Positions 22,524 through 35,664 of a stretch of 64,000 nucleotides of DNA are shown here, one piece after another. Under the pieces are notes generated by a model that saw nothing but the letters and a program-made list of their open reading frames with translations, was not told where the DNA came from and did no database searches. The position numbers were made by a program, and so were the translations under genes. Origin of the DNA: Octopus vulgaris (lineage: Eukaryota); NCBI GenBank assembly GCA_951406725.2, contig OX597841.1, positions 6,076,001-6,140,000 on the forward strand, given 5' to 3'. Position 1 is the first letter of the stretch. Every line of letters begins with the position of its first letter.

Positions 22524-23294
22524 TTAATAAATATGTTTGTGAATTGTTAAGTGACCCATTTGAGAAATTGATTTATCACAGATATCAAAGTCAAAAGGCT
22601 TCTCTCCTGTATGGGTACGCTTGTGTCTAGTGAGGTTGCTACTGTCCGAGAATGCGTTACCACAGATATCACATTGAAATGGTTTCTCTCCTGTATGAAC
22701 ACGTTTGTGAATTGTCAAGTGATATGCTTGAGAGAATGATTTGTCACAGTTATCACAATGATATGGCTTCTCACCTGTGTGAATACGTTTGTGAGTAGTT
22801 AAGGCACTACTAACAGAGAACGATTTACCACAGATATCACACTGAAATGGTTTCTGACCTGTGTGGATAAGTTTGTGTCTAGTTAAGTTGGCACTTTCTG
22901 AGAAAGACTGACCACAGATGTCACAATCGTATGGTTTTTCTCCTGTATGGATACGTCTGTGTCTAGTTAAGTGGCCATTTTCTGAGAACGATTGACCACA
23001 AATGTCACAGTGATATGGTCTCTCTCCTGTATGGATACGTACGTGTCTAGTTAATTTGCTTCCCTCCGAGAATGAGTCACCGCAAATATCACAGTGATAT
23101 GGATTCTCTCTGGTATGGATACGTTTGTGTCTCTTTAAGGTGGCATTTATCAAATATGATTTACCACAGATATCACAATGGTATTGTTTTCCTCCTGAAG
23201 GATTATGTTTCTGCTCTTTTAAATTATCATTTTCACAGAATGGTTTATCACTGATATCACGGTGGTATGATGATTCTTGTGTATCTTTTGACAT
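22524..23294 (-). CDS. ZNF-D, C2H2 protein (~7 intact fingers plus degenerate first and last)
   Basis: ATG of MSKDTQESS at 23294 (track start is GTG); acceptor at 23718-23719; premature TAA followed by decayed fingers. Confidence 0.88.
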   Translation of the reverse strand: MSKDTQESSYHRDISDKPFCENDNLKEQKHNPSGGKQYHCDICGKSYLINATLKRHKRIHTRENPYHCDICGDSFSEGSKLTRHVRIHTGERPYHCDICGQSFSENGHLTRHRRIHTGEKPYDCDICGQSFSESANLTRHKLIHTGQKPFQCDICGKSFSVSSALTTHKRIHTGEKPYHCDNCDKSFSQAYHLTIHKRVHTGEKPFQCDICGNAFSDSSNLTRHKRTHTGEKPFDFDICDKSISQMGHLTIHKHIY

Positions 23295-24095
23295 TTCTCC
23301 AAGGAATAAAAACAAAACCAAATCCTTTAGCTGTTTCACCCTGTTACATTAATCCCTTGAAATTATTCTTTGTTCATCACAATATTTCAATAGTTTACCT
23401 GTGTCTGTTTTTACGCAAGTACCTCTGTGGTTATCAACTGTGATCTTTATCAATATCTAAAGATGCTGCAAACTCCTTTGCAAATATATTCAAGTTTAAT
23501 TAGAATGCCAAAGCACCAGGTAAGGAGATGGAGAAATGTTGCTATGAATCTCAGGTGAGAGCCACTATTTCACAGTAATTCAGTCCTGGATTTATAGCAG
23601 TTGGGTTATTATATCTGTTCTCTAAAACGTTTTCCTTTCGTCTTCAAAAAAACATGGTAAATATTCCAGATGTCTCCAATGTACAAAAGATGTTTTGTGC
23701 CAATGTCATCTGTGAATCTGAAATAATAAAGAAACGGTATTTAGATAGAGAGGAGAGATCAAATTGGAAGTGTTACAACATTTCTATATTTCTTTGGAGC
23801 ACCAACTAACATTGGTAACTAAAACAGGTGTAAGCAATGTTAAAGTTTTGTATGAAGAAAAATAATTAACCAATGTTGGCCAATTTTGTTTGTTTGTTGA
23901 TCAAATGTTTTCCCCATTTTCTGCTTATTTTAAACTTTCATATATATTATGTGTATATATATAATGTGTATACACACATTTCATGGACTGTGATTTCAGA
24001 AAAAACATTTTTAGGATAAAATACAAGAGCACATAATAACAAAATATAGTTGCAGACATTTTGATTGATTTCATGGCTTTCTGATTGATTTTTTG

Positions 24096-24220
24096 GTACT
24101 GCTTAAATACAGAAGTCCCGACGCTTCTACGTAACCCTAACCTTAAAATTAACCCTAACGAGTGTGTACAGTAAAATATCATTACATCGATGCGTCGGGA
24201 CCTCTGTATTTAAGTGGTAC
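24096..24220. mobile_element. Small MITE with internal TAACCC telomere-like units
   Basis: GTACTGCTTAAATACAGAAGTCCCGACGC / GCGTCGGGACCTCTGTATTTAAGTGGTAC; TIR resembles that of 5570-5786. Confidence 0.7.
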
Positions 24221-24733
24221 TGATTCTCTCCAAAGTCTTTCAATGTTGGCGATCCTTCGGTATAGGTACACACGTGATTTTGTTTACATTTCTGGAGATA
24301 AGAGAAACCCTTTTCTCCCACCCGTAACCCTAACCCCCTGCCCCATATAAAAAAAAACACTTTCTTGAAATGTATCCGGTACTTATACCGAAGTTACGCC
24401 TCAATGTTTTGTGCGTGTATTATCTCTGGGTGCTATCTTCGAAATTGTAAGGGTGGGGCATTTTCGCATCGTTGTTTCAATCTCCTGTCCCCACCCTTTC
24501 GGAAAACAATTCTACCACAAATTTCTTTATAATCGTAATCTACGCTGTCCCTGAAAGTTATGAATGGAAGAAATCGGATCTTGTGAATTTCTGGAAAGTC
24601 CTCTCCTTACCCACACCGTTCTATTGCGCAAGTTTTTGTTTTCATACCAGTTTTCTACACATCTTTTAACACCTTGTAGGTTGGGTTGCTTTTGTTCTGG
24701 CGATCGGGGCTTAAACTGTATATCGACTTATTT

Positions 24734-25330
24734 TTCCCCAACACCTTTCTCATCCCTGTCTGTCTCCTCTCTAACGGTATCGATATTATTGAAAACAGTT
24801 TGTTTTACAAGTGTACAAGCGATTCACGTTCTCCTTATTATAATTTTCGAGCAATTCTTGAAGTTGGCAAACGTCTGAGTCAATTAATTACGGTTCAGTT
24901 TCTTGTCTTAGATATCACAGACTTCTGTTTGCAAGGGTGGATCAGATGTAACGAAGATATAGTCTCTACTTACCAGTAGAATGTTTGATATAAAGTCCAA
25001 ACAAAAAAGGAAGGAGGCCGAGGAAAGTTCATCGACTGATTTCTTGTTGATTAAAAGCCATTTCCCCTTTTTCTGTAAAATAGGGGAAAACCAATTAACG
25101 ACGTAAAGATGTGATTAAATTAAATAATTAACCAGGAAAGTGATGGAACACCGACCCTCAAACATGCAGTTGGCCCAGTTTTGTACACAAACAGTGAAGT
25201 TCTTCTTCCACATAAGATATAACCAGGCGTAACTCAAGGAAACACAAAGATTAGACGATTTCATTGATAATTTTCCAGAGTGTCAATGAGGCCGGTGACA
25301 CATATTAAAAGTCCCCAACATAATATAATA
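24734..25330 (-). promoter_or_regulatory. Type-2 promoter/exon-1 cassette of ZNF-D
   Basis: Donor CTG|GTAAGT at 24974/24973; near-identical blocks at 34546 and 43110, each upstream of a same-strand ZNF leader. Confidence 0.7.
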
Positions 25331-25624
25331 TCCGGACACATATTCAACTATATTAATGTACGTTTTGAATTGTATCTCGCCCCTGGTAAATGCCAAAATC
25401 ATAATCCAGCTAAAATGTTTTCGTATTTGTAATATTTCAACTGTGCAGATTTTAATCTCTGTTCTGTTTTTATTTTGTTCTATTTGGGATGCCATTTCTG
25501 TGTGGTACTTCTGTAAATGGTAGCTATAAGCAAAATATTTTCCTTGTATCTTCCATCTGTGATCTTATCAGACGTATGTCCTGGTCACCTCAGGGAGGAG
25601 GTTTCCTTCGGTCCTCTTCACCCT

Positions 25625-26195
25625 CTTACAGAGATGATGTCCTAGCCATCTCTAGAGGGGCCAATGGCCACGCATTAGATAAATTTAGAAAGACCTTAAT
25701 TTTGCCCCTTAGGTTCAATGGGTCTCAAAATCCCCATTGACACTAATCTCACCACAGTAGATTTTTTAGAGGTTCCTTCAGATCTGGGATCTGGTACTTA
25801 CAGACCATATCACAAGCCAAACGAGAGACTGTCTTATATTAACATAGTCTCCTGCCATCCCACCAGAGTTCCAAGAACCCAGTGAAAGATGTAAGCAAGA
25901 GGATCTCAAATCTATCCTCGAGCCAAGATATCTTCGATGCTGCTACCCTATACTGCAATGAGGCACTGACACCAAGTGGGTTTAAGGACCACATCACCTG
26001 CATGCCTGGCCCCAGCACCTGGAAAAGGAACTGCCACAGAAATGCGCTTGGCTTGCCCCATCCTTCTCACTTAACGTTAAGACTTGCGTGGGAAAGATTT
26101 TCCTTGGGTTAATAGACAAACATTTTACACACACACAGACAGGTACAGGCATTTGCTTAACAGGCACAATCTAAGAGTCTCCTTAAGTTGTGCAC
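25625..26195 (+). mobile_element. Penelope-like element reverse-transcriptase remnant
   Basis: Frameshifted motifs YRDDVLA, VDFLEV..DL.SGTYRPYHKPNERLSYINIVSCHP and RISNLSSSQDIFD.A...NEAL..SGF, typical of PLE RT/thumb. Confidence 0.75.
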
Positions 26196-26199
26196 CCAT

Positions 26200-26577
26200 G
26201 CTTACCAACCACATGGTTCTGGGTTCAGTCCCACTGCATGGCATCTTGGGCAAGTGTCTTCTGCTATAGCCCCGGGCTGACCAATGCCTTGTGAGTGGAT
26301 TTGGTAGACGGAAACTGAAAGAAGCCCGTTGTATATATGTATATATATATATGTATGCGTGTGTATGTTTGTGTCTGTGTTTGTCCCCCTAGCATTGCTT
26401 GACAACCGATGCTGGTGTGTTTATGTCCCCGTTACTTAGCGGTTTGGCAAAAGAGACCGATAGAATAAGTACTGGGCTTACAAAAGAATAAGTCCCGGGG
26501 TTGAGTTGCTCGATTAAAGGCGGTGCTCCAGCATGGCCGCAGTCAAATGACTGAAACAAGTAGAAGAGTAAAGAGTA
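26200..26577 (+). mobile_element. SINE family 1
   Basis: Head slightly truncated; core and tail complete. Confidence 0.85.
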
Positions 26578-27039
26578 CCCAAAATACAAAGGAGGAAGCA
26601 GGTTGCTCTTACAGGGTACATAATAACTATCCAGTAGGGGTCAATGTGAGGCTGTAGGGGTCATATATGAGGGAACGGAGACACCGAGACCTAATATCTG
26701 TAATGACAGTAATGTAACATTGAACAGCTATTAGTAGATTAACCAGGTCTCACGCCAATGCAGTTGCCACACCCAGAGATAGTAACTAAGATGAGGCCAG
26801 CATCACTGATGATCCCGATACCACCGCCCTGGATAATGAACAAACCATAGATGCAGATAGAGTGACCAGCACAAATGTCGATCCTGGAAATAATGACCTT
26901 CCAGAACCAAAGACTTGGAGGAGGTATCTGCTATTCCCAGTTCCACCACCTCAAATGAGGACCGAACATTCATCTTCGACACTGATGGGTTGACACCCCC
27001 CGTGACATATTACCAAGGGTGCATATAGGGCCACATCCT

Positions 27040-27320
27040 ATCATCATCATCGTTTAACGTCTGTTTTCCGCGCTAGCACTGGTTGGATGGTTCGACCGGA
27101 GTCTGGGAAGCCAGGGGCTGCACCAGGCTCCAGTCTGATCTGGCAGTGTTTCTACAGCTGGATGCCCTTCCTAACGCCAACCACTCCGCGAGTGTAGTGG
27201 GTGTTTTTTACGTGCCACCGGCACAGGTGCCAGGAGAGTCTGGCAGCGGCCACGATCTGTTGGTGCTTTTCACGTGCCACCGGCATGGAGGCCAGTCAAG
27301 GTGGTGCTGGCATCGGCCAC
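27040..27320 (-). mobile_element. (GAT)n-tailed retroposon, short copy
   Basis: Tail and constant body plus ~2 modules. Confidence 0.8.
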
Positions 27321-28217
27321 AGTTCAGCAAGTACTTTGTTCAAGAAACGTTTTCTTAACCACCAGTCATCTGTCAGAGTCCCAGAAAGATGGGTTGTCAT
27401 GTCCCTGGCCTGCCATGTGTGACACCTCAAAGATCAAAGGACCTTGTGTGATGTCAAGTGGAAATTGAATTTCTGGGTCATTATATTAATGAAAGTGGCC
27501 GTTGCAAGACAAGATCTGTATCACAGAGAGAGCCAAAATTCTAAAGGATTTTAAGAATCCTGGTGAAATTAAACAGTTGTAAAGAAGTATTTTCTAAATG
27601 TATTCACTTCAAGTGCTACTTATTAGAAAATTGGATCTCCCTCTTTGATCATTAGGCCTCTCTGAGTATATAAAGAATTTTTCCCCCCTGTTTAAGAGAA
27701 AATAACCTGTACTCCTTAACGTTTGTTTTTCATATTCCTCAAGTTCTGTTTCCTCACATCTGCAGCATAGATATTTTAAAATTTTGAATTTATATTGTCT
27801 GACAAGCTGTCCACAAGGATTTGTGAGTGTGAGACCTTGGGTAACTCCATATAAAATTTTGCTGTAGTATATATATATATATATATATACTAATTGCTAA
27901 AATTAATTTTATGTATTGGCTTATGTTTTTCACTGTTTGATTTGCCTAATAGTGGTTTTATCTCTAATTTAATATAATATTATATATATATATATATATA
28001 TAAATGTAATTATAACAATGAGGGTCTTTGCAACAAGTTGCTAGACCACATACCAAAAGTATTAGAAATAGCAGCCAGAGGACTGTTATTTCTTTTACTA
28101 CTAAAATATGTCCCCGCAGACAACAGTATTTGTAACTCAATATATGGCAAAAAAACGAAAAATAACGAAATCAAACAATTTGTTGATTTTATTAAATTAA
28201 TTATATTTCACCCTTTA

Positions 28218-28270
<53 letters not shown>

Positions 28271-28709
28271 ATATACATACATACATACATATATATATAT
28301 ATATCACCATCACATGACCGGCCAGTCCATCAGATGTAGTTACACATCGCTGGTCACAATGCGTTCGCATTGTTTTAGCCTTTGAATGACGCCACCCCAC
28401 TGGCTAAGTGAGCAGGCCAACAGAAGAAAGAGTGAGAGAAAGAGTACAGCAGGGATCACCATCCCCTGCCGGAGCCTCGTGGAGCTTTTTAGGTGTTTTC
28501 GCTCAATAAACACTCACAACGCCCGGTCTGGGAATCGAAACCGCGATCCTACGACCGCGAGTCCGCTGCCCTAACTACTGGGCCATTGCGCCTCCACATA
28601 CATATATATACACACACACACACTGGCCCAAATAAGTTTAAGGTCGACCATGACAGTTCTATTCCTTCATTTATTTATTTTTAACAAAACTGTATAAAAT
28701 TATATAATA

Positions 28710-29030
28710 ATAATAATAATAATAATGAAATTATTGTATCCAGTGCTCAGGTGCACCACAACTTGTCAGAAAGTGCATATAAAGTACATGCAGTAATGTA
28801 GAAATGTCTGGAAAGTGTACAGTGTATGAGTCAGATACATGCTTGTGTGTGTATGGAGGGGAGAAAATCAAGTGTAGTGTTGGCGAATCTCAGGAAGCAT
28901 GGAAGTTTTGAAGGATGCAGTGCTCCGACAACTAACAACTGATGCCGGCAGTTTGTTCCATGCTTCAGCAACTCTCAGCGTGAAAAAATGTTTTCGAAAG
29001 TCATGGGAGCTGTGCTGTTTTCTGACTTTG
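28710..29030 (-). mobile_element. CR1-clade LINE 3' end
   Basis: Encodes HDFRKHFFTLRVAEAWNKLPASVV..FK; (ATT)n tail. Confidence 0.8.
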
Positions 29031-29514
29031 TTACAGTTTCTGTAGAATTTTTTTCACTTGTGAATGATATAGGCGTTATATATCTTTTTACAATTTGAAT
29101 AATTTTAATGCACAATTAATTCAAATGATTAAAATTGTTGGCAAAATAATTTAAGGACCATACCAACATTATTTTGTTTAAACTGAAAAATTTACAGCAC
29201 AAATGATCAACGAAGAATTTATTATTAGAATGTAGTTCCATAACCATTTATTTTCAATTACAGCAGGACATGGAGTTCGATGAATGAACACAAAAATCAC
29301 TTGGAATGTGGATTGTTGTAAAGTCCACAAAGATAATCCATGGTTTAGCAGGGGAAACGTTTGTAGTTGTTGTTTGTTGTAAAGAAATTTGACAGCAATA
29401 ATCACATTTTTGTATGGATACACACGTCTACTTAAGCACAGTTTTTCAGAGAATGATTTTCTCCTGTATGAATATATTCCTGTCTAGTGAATTGTCGAGT
29501 GACATCATCATATA

Positions 29515-29862
29515 ATGATAATAATAATAAGAAGAAGAATTGTGTACAGTGCTCAGGTGCACTACAACTCATCTAAAGTGTATGTATAATCAGGTGTAGT
29601 TTCGGCGGATTTCGGAAAGCATGAGGGCCTTAAAGGATGCAGTGTCATGGCAGTCAACAACTGACGCAGGCAGTTTGTTCCATGCTTCAGCAACTCTGAG
29701 CGTGAAAAAATGTTTCCGAAAGTCATGGGAGCTGTGTTGTTTTCTGACTTTGTAGGCATGTCCATGTGTGTTAGACACATGGAGATCAAAAAGGTGTTCA
29801 GTGTTGTTGTTGGTGAGGTGGTTGATAACTTTGTGGGTGTTTACCAAGTCCGTCGCCAGACG
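29515..29862 (-). mobile_element. CR1-clade LINE 3' end
   Basis: ORF 29590-29871: THGHAYKVRK...RKHFFTLRVAEAWNKLP. Confidence 0.8.
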
Positions 29863-31313
29863 CATCATCATCGTTTAACATCTGCTTTCCATGCCAGCAT
29901 GGGTTGGACGATTTTGACTGAGGGCTGGCGAACCAGATGGCTGCAACAGGATCCAATCTTGATCTGGCAGAGTTTCTACAGCTGGATGCCCTTCCTAATG
30001 CCAACCACTTCAAGAGTGTAGTGGGTGCTTTTTACGTGCCAGTCAGGTGGTACTGGCAACGACCTCGCTTGAATCTTTTTACACATGCCACCGGTACAGG
30101 TGCCAGTAAGGTGATGCTGGTAACGATCATGCTCGGATGGTGCCTTTTACGTGCCACCGGCAGGGAGGCCAGACGGCCGCTCTCTCAACGATCATGCTCG
30201 GATGGTGCCTTTTACGTGCCACCGGCAGAGAGGCCAGACGGCCGCTCTCTCAACGATCATGCTCGGATGGTGCCTTTTACGTGCCACCGGCAGGGAGGCC
30301 AGACGGCCGCTCTCTCAACGATCATGCTCGGATGGTGCCTTTTACGTGCCACCGGCAGAGAGGCCAGACGGCCGCTCTCTCAACGATCATGCTCGGATGG
30401 TGCCTTTTACGTGCCACTGGCAGGGAGGCCAGACGGCCGCTCTCTCAACGATCATGCTCGGATGGTGCCTTTTACGTGCCACCGGCAGGGAGACCAGACG
30501 GCCGCTCTCTCAACGATCATGCTCGGATGGTGCCTTTTACGTGCCACCGGCAGGGAGGCCAGACGGCCGCTCTCTCAACGATCATGCTTGGATGGTGCCT
30601 TTTACGTGCCACCGGCAGGGAGGCCAGACGGCCGCTCTCTCAACGATCATGCTCGAATGGTGCCTTTTACGTGCCACCGGCAGGGAGGCCAGACAGCCGC
30701 TCTCTCAACGATCATGCTCGGATGGTGCCTTTTACGTGCCACCGGCAGGGAGGCCAGACGGCCGCTCTCTCAACGATCATGCTCGGATGGTGCCTTTTAC
30801 GTGCCACCGGCAGGGAGGCCAGACGGCCGCTCTCTCAACGATCATGCTCGGATGGTGCCTTTTACGTGCCACCGGCAGGGAGGCCAGACGGCCGCTCTCG
30901 CAACGATCATGCTCGGATGGTGCCTTTTACGTGCCACCGGCAGGGAGGCCAGACGGCCGCTCTCTCAACGATCATGCTCGGATGGTGCCTTTCACGTGCC
31001 ACCGGCAGGGAGGCCAGACGGCCGCTCTCTCAACGATCATGCTCGGATGGTGCCTTTCACGTGCCACCGGCAGGGAGGCCAGACGGCCGCTCTCTCAACG
31101 ATCATGCTCGGATGGTGCCTTTTACGTGCCACCGGCAGGGAGGCCAGACGGCCGCTCTCGCAACGATCATGCTCGGATGGTGCCTTTTACGTGCCACCGG
31201 CAGGGAGGCCAGACGGCCGCTCTCTCAACGATCATGCTCGGATGGTGCCTTTTACGTGCCACCGGCAGGGAGGCCAGACGGCCGCTCTCGCAACGATCAT
31301 GCTCGGATGGTGC
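29863..31313 (-). mobile_element. (GAT)n-tailed retroposon with an 18-copy 65-bp minisatellite (30126-31313)
   Basis: ATCATGCTCG recurs every 65 bp from 30126 to 31296; constant body and tail at 29863-30040. Confidence 0.9.
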
Positions 31314-31526
31314 TGATTTACCACAAATATCACAGTGAAATAGTTTCTCTCCTGTATGGACATGTTCATGTCTCCTTAATTCACTACTTTGAGAGAATGT
31401 TTTGCTACAAATATTACAAAGAAATGGATTATCTACTGTATGAATACATTTGTGTCTAGTTTAAGTCGGTACTTTCAGAGGACTGACCCCAGATTATCAC
31501 AGAGATATGGCTTCTGTATTATATTA

Positions 31527-31880
31527 CTCATTTACTTGTTTCAGTCATTTGACTGCGGCCATGCTGGAGCACCGCCTTTAGTCGAGCAAATCGACCCTGG
31601 GACTTATTCTTTGTAAGCCCAGTACTTATTCTATCGGTCTATTTTGCCGAACCGCTAAGTAACAGGGACGTAAACACACCAGCATCGGTTGTCAAGCAAT
31701 GCTAGGGGGACAAACACAGACACACAAACATATATATACATATATACGACAGGCTTCTTTCAGTTTCTGTCAACCAAATCCACTCACAAGGCATTGGTCG
31801 GCCCGAGGCTATAGCAGAAGACACTTGCCCAAGGTGCCATACAGTGTGATTGAATCCGGAGCCATGTGGTTGGTTAGCAA
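31527..31880 (-). mobile_element. SINE family 1 in the relic fingers of ZNF-E
   Basis: Match to family 1. Confidence 0.85.
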
Positions 31881-31944
31881 GGTGAGAAATAAGCTTACGT
31901 ATCTGAGATGAAGATTTACTGCAAATATCACTGTGAAATAGTTT

Positions 31945-32799
31945 CTAAACTGTGTGTTTGTGAGTAGTTAAGGCAGTACTTCTGGAAAATGATTTGCCAC
32001 AAATATTACAAAGAAATGGCTTCTCTCCTGTATGAATACGTTTGTGTTTAGTTAAGTTGCTACTGTCCGAGAATGAGTTACCACAAATATCACAGTGAAA
32101 TGGTTTCACTCCTGTATGAATACGTATGTGTTTAGTAAAATCGCTACTTCGAGAGAATGATTTACCACATATATCACAGTGAAATGGTTTTTCTCCTGTA
32201 TGAATACGTTTGTGAGTAGTCAAGGCACTTTTTTTAAAGAATGATTCATCACAGGTATCACAATTGAATCGTTTCCCTACTGTATGTATGCGTTTGTGTC
32301 TAGTTAAGTTGGTGCTGTCGGAGAATGATTGACCACAGATGTCACAGTCATATGGTTTCTCTCCTGTATGGATACGCATGTGAGTAGTTAAGTTGGCGCT
32401 TTCTGAGAATGACTGACCACAGATATCACAATGAAATGGCTTCTCCCCTGTATGAACACGTATATGTCTAGTCAAGTTGCTACTCTCCGAGAATGAGTTA
32501 CCACAGATATCACAGTGATACGGCTTCTCTCTTGTATGGGTACGTTTGTGAGAAGTCAAGTTACAGAGTTGAGAGAAAGATTTACTACAAATGTCACAGT
32601 GAAATGGTTTCTCCCCTGTATGAACACGTTTGTGTCTAGTTAAGTTGGTATTTACTGCGAATGATTTACCACAGATATCACAATGATATCGTTTTCCTTC
32701 TGAAGGATTACATTTTTGCTCTTTTAAATTATCATTTTCACAGAATGGTTTATCACTGATATCAGAGTGGTATGATGACTCCTGTATATCTTTTGACAT
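31945..32799 (-). CDS. ZNF-E, C2H2 protein (9 intact fingers plus degenerate first)
   Basis: ATG of MSKDIQESS at 32799; acceptor at 33221-33222; decayed fingers follow the stop (31313-31510, 29405-29490). Confidence 0.9.
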   Translation of the reverse strand: MSKDIQESSYHSDISDKPFCENDNLKEQKCNPSEGKRYHCDICGKSFAVNTNLTRHKRVHTGEKPFHCDICSKSFSQLCNLTSHKRTHTREKPYHCDICGNSFSESSNLTRHIRVHTGEKPFHCDICGQSFSESANLTTHMRIHTGEKPYDCDICGQSFSDSTNLTRHKRIHTVGKRFNCDTCDESFFKKSALTTHKRIHTGEKPFHCDICGKSFSRSSDFTKHIRIHTGVKPFHCDICGNSFSDSSNLTKHKRIHTGEKPFLCNICGKSFSRSTALTTHKHTV

Positions 32800-33380
32800 T
32801 TCTCCAAGGAATAAAAACAAAACCAAATCCTTTAGCTGTTTCACCCTGTTACATTAATCTCTTGAAATTATTCTTTGTTCATCACAATATTTCAATAGTT
32901 TTCCTGTGTCTGTTTTTACGCAAGTACCTCTGTGGTTATCAACTGTGATCGTTATCAATGTCTAAAGATGCTGCAAACTCCTTTGCAAATATATTCAAGT
33001 TTAATTAGAATCCCAAAGCAACAGGTAATGAGATGGAGAAATGTTGCTATGAATCTCAGGTGAGAGCCACTATTTCACAGCAATCCAGCCCTAGATTTTT
33101 AGCAGTAGGGTTATTATATCTGTTCCCTAAGACATTTTCCTTTAGTCTTTAAGACATGATAGATATTCCAGATGTATCCAATGTACAGAAGTCGTTTTTG
33201 TGCCAATATCATCTGTGAATCTGAAATAATAAAGAAACAGAATTAGATAGAGAGGAGAGATCAAAATGGAAGTGTTACAACATTTCTATAACGATTAACA
33301 AACGACATCAAATAACATTGGGTGGAATAAAAATATTTCTAAACTACAGCTACACCTTCACATTGTCTAAGATTATATAC

Positions 33381-34155
33381 TTTTCGGTTAATATCTAGAT
33401 CCGCACCCGGTGGGAAAAATGGAAACGAAAATGTGTAACAGTTGTAAGGCATCGTATATTGACGGAATAAGACGGAAAAAAAGCGCGCTGACAAACGGGG
33501 TTGGGGGTGGGGGTGGTGGGGCTCGGGAAATTCCCAGGATCAACCGTAGAGGATCATGGAAAAAAATATGTGTAACAGGTGTAAGGCATCGTATATTGAA
33601 GGAATATGACGAAAACAAAGCGCGCTGACAAACGGGGGGGGGGGGGGAGGGGGCTCGGAAAATTGCCTACGATTTAAAGAAAAATTTACCATCAATTTTC
33701 ACCATTTTAAACGCATTTCACACACATAGCCCAATGGCATAATTCAAAACTAACGCAGCGAAAATTTTGAAAAGTTCCCCCAGTTCTGAAAAAAATCGAT
33801 AAATTCGACATGAGGTCGCGAATCAGAAACACAATGGTGAAAATTGATGGTAAATTTTTCTTTAAATCGTAGGCAATTTTCCGAGCCCCCTCCCACCCAC
33901 CCCGTTTGTCAGCGCGCTTTGTTTTCGTCATATTCCTTCAATATACGATGCCTTACACCTGTTACACATATTTTTTTCCATGATCCTCTACGGTTGATCC
34001 TGGGAATTTTCCGAGCCCCCCCCCCCACTCCCCACCCCCGTTCGTCAGCGCCCTTTTTTTCCGTCTTATTACGTCGATATACGATGCCTTACAACTGTTA
34101 CACATTTTAGTTTCCATTTTTTCCACCGGGTGCGGATCTAGATATTAACCGAAAA
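33381..34155. mobile_element. Foldback-like element with ~325-bp inverted arms and ~130-bp spacer
   Basis: TTTTCGGTTAATATCTAGATCCGCACCCGGTGG ... CCACCGGGTGCGGATCTAGATATTAACCGAAAA; arms contain subrepeats; absent at the paralogous site 39850. Confidence 0.85.
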
Positions 34156-34545
34156 TTGCGTTAGTAAAATAAATTATCTTTAAAATAACTTTAAATTATT
34201 ACAGCTTCCAGTGTTTCTGGTTTTCAATGAGAAACAAGTTGAAGGCAACTCTTCTTTCTCGTTTTTGATGAGACCCTTCTTTGTTTATTCCTTCTCGAGC
34301 CATGCCTGGTTCATAAGGGTCGGTTTCCCGGTTTCCTTGGCGTATAGGTTCCCCACCTGGACGGGAAGCCGATCCGTCGCAGGTGAGCTGCAAGATGCAG
34401 GAGGAAAGAGTGAGACAAAATTGTGGCGAAAGAGTCAGCAGAAGTTCGCCATTACCTTCTGCTGGAGCCATGTGGATCTTAGGTGCATCGCTCATAAACA
34501 CACACCTTGCCCGGTTTCAGATTCGAACCCGCAATATTCAGACAG

Positions 34546-35143
34546 CTTTCTCATCCCTGTCTGTCTCCTCTCTAACCGTATCGATATTACTGAAAACAGT
34601 TTGTTTTACAAGTGTACAAGCGATTCACGTTCTCCTTATTATAATTTTCGAGCAATTCTTGAAGTTGGCAAACGTCTGAGTCAATTAATTACGGTTCAGT
34701 TTCTTGTCTTAGATATCACAGACTTCTGTTTGCAAGGGTGGATCAGATGTAACGAAGATATAGTCTCTACTTACCAGTAGAATGTTTGATATAAAGTCCA
34801 AACAAAAAAGGAAGGAGGCCGAGGAAAGTTCATCGACTGATTTCTTGTTGATTAAAAGCCATTTCCCCTTTTTCTGTAAAATAGGGGAAAACCAATTAAC
34901 GACGTAAAGATGTGATTAAATTAAATAATTAACCAGGAAAGTGACGGAACACCGACCCTCAAACATGCAGTTGGCCCAGTTTTGTACACAAACAGTGAAG
35001 TTTTCAACACGAGATAATTAACACATATAATATAATTAGATTTAGTTCAATTAATTAGAAACCCGAAGACTAGGCAGTGTCCTTGGTAATTTTCCAGCGT
35101 CAATGAGGCCGGTGACATATTTTAAAAGTCCCCAACATAATAT
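34546..35143 (-). promoter_or_regulatory. Type-2 promoter/exon-1 cassette of ZNF-E
   Basis: Donor at 34775/34774; near-identical to 24745-25200. Confidence 0.7.
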
Positions 35144-35664
35144 AACACCGAGAAACAGCTTCAGCTATATTCATTTTATTTCTTTTCCTTGTTTTCAGTC
35201 ATTTGACTGTGGCCATGCTGGAGCACCGCCTTCAGTCGAACAAATCGACCCCCAGGACTTAATCTTTGTAAAGGCTAGTACTTATTCTATCGGTTTAATT
35301 TTTCTGAACCGCTAAGTTACAGCAGGTAAACACACCAACATCGGTTGTCAAGCGATGTTGGTGGGGAGAAACAGACGCACGAATACGTGTATGAGGTTGA
35401 GGGAGAAGTAAGCAACGTTTGGAACCATGAAGAATTTGTACCGGATTTTTGTAGAGTTTTGAATATTTTAAAAACGTTTTTTGACAATTGTCTGATAATA
35501 CAGACATAGACTTTCCCAAATGCATCAATAAATTAACATTGATATTTTTTGTGTGTGGAGGGGGGGCATTGTTGCAATAATTTGAAATGGAAGCGTCAAA
35601 GCGCGATATTTTGATGTTCAAATTAAAAAAAGAACGTAAATTAGCGGAAACTGTTCCCGATATC

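Noticed and set aside
23295-23339. Hydrophobic [15 protein letters not shown] signal-like extension in D, E, G
   Set aside because: Starts at GTG; the in-frame ATG homologous to other paralogues lies 15 codons downstream.
24148-24335. TAACCC units as interstitial telomere
   Set aside because: Only a few scattered units inside small inverted-repeat elements.
24686-24979. Plus-strand ORF repeated three times (also 34211-34780, 43003-43356)
   Set aside because: Non-ATG, inconsistent starts and antisense to the exon-1 donor; identity reflects cassette duplication.
29937-31459. 395-459-aa ORFs
   Set aside because: Produced by the 65-bp minisatellite cycling through frames; no gene context.
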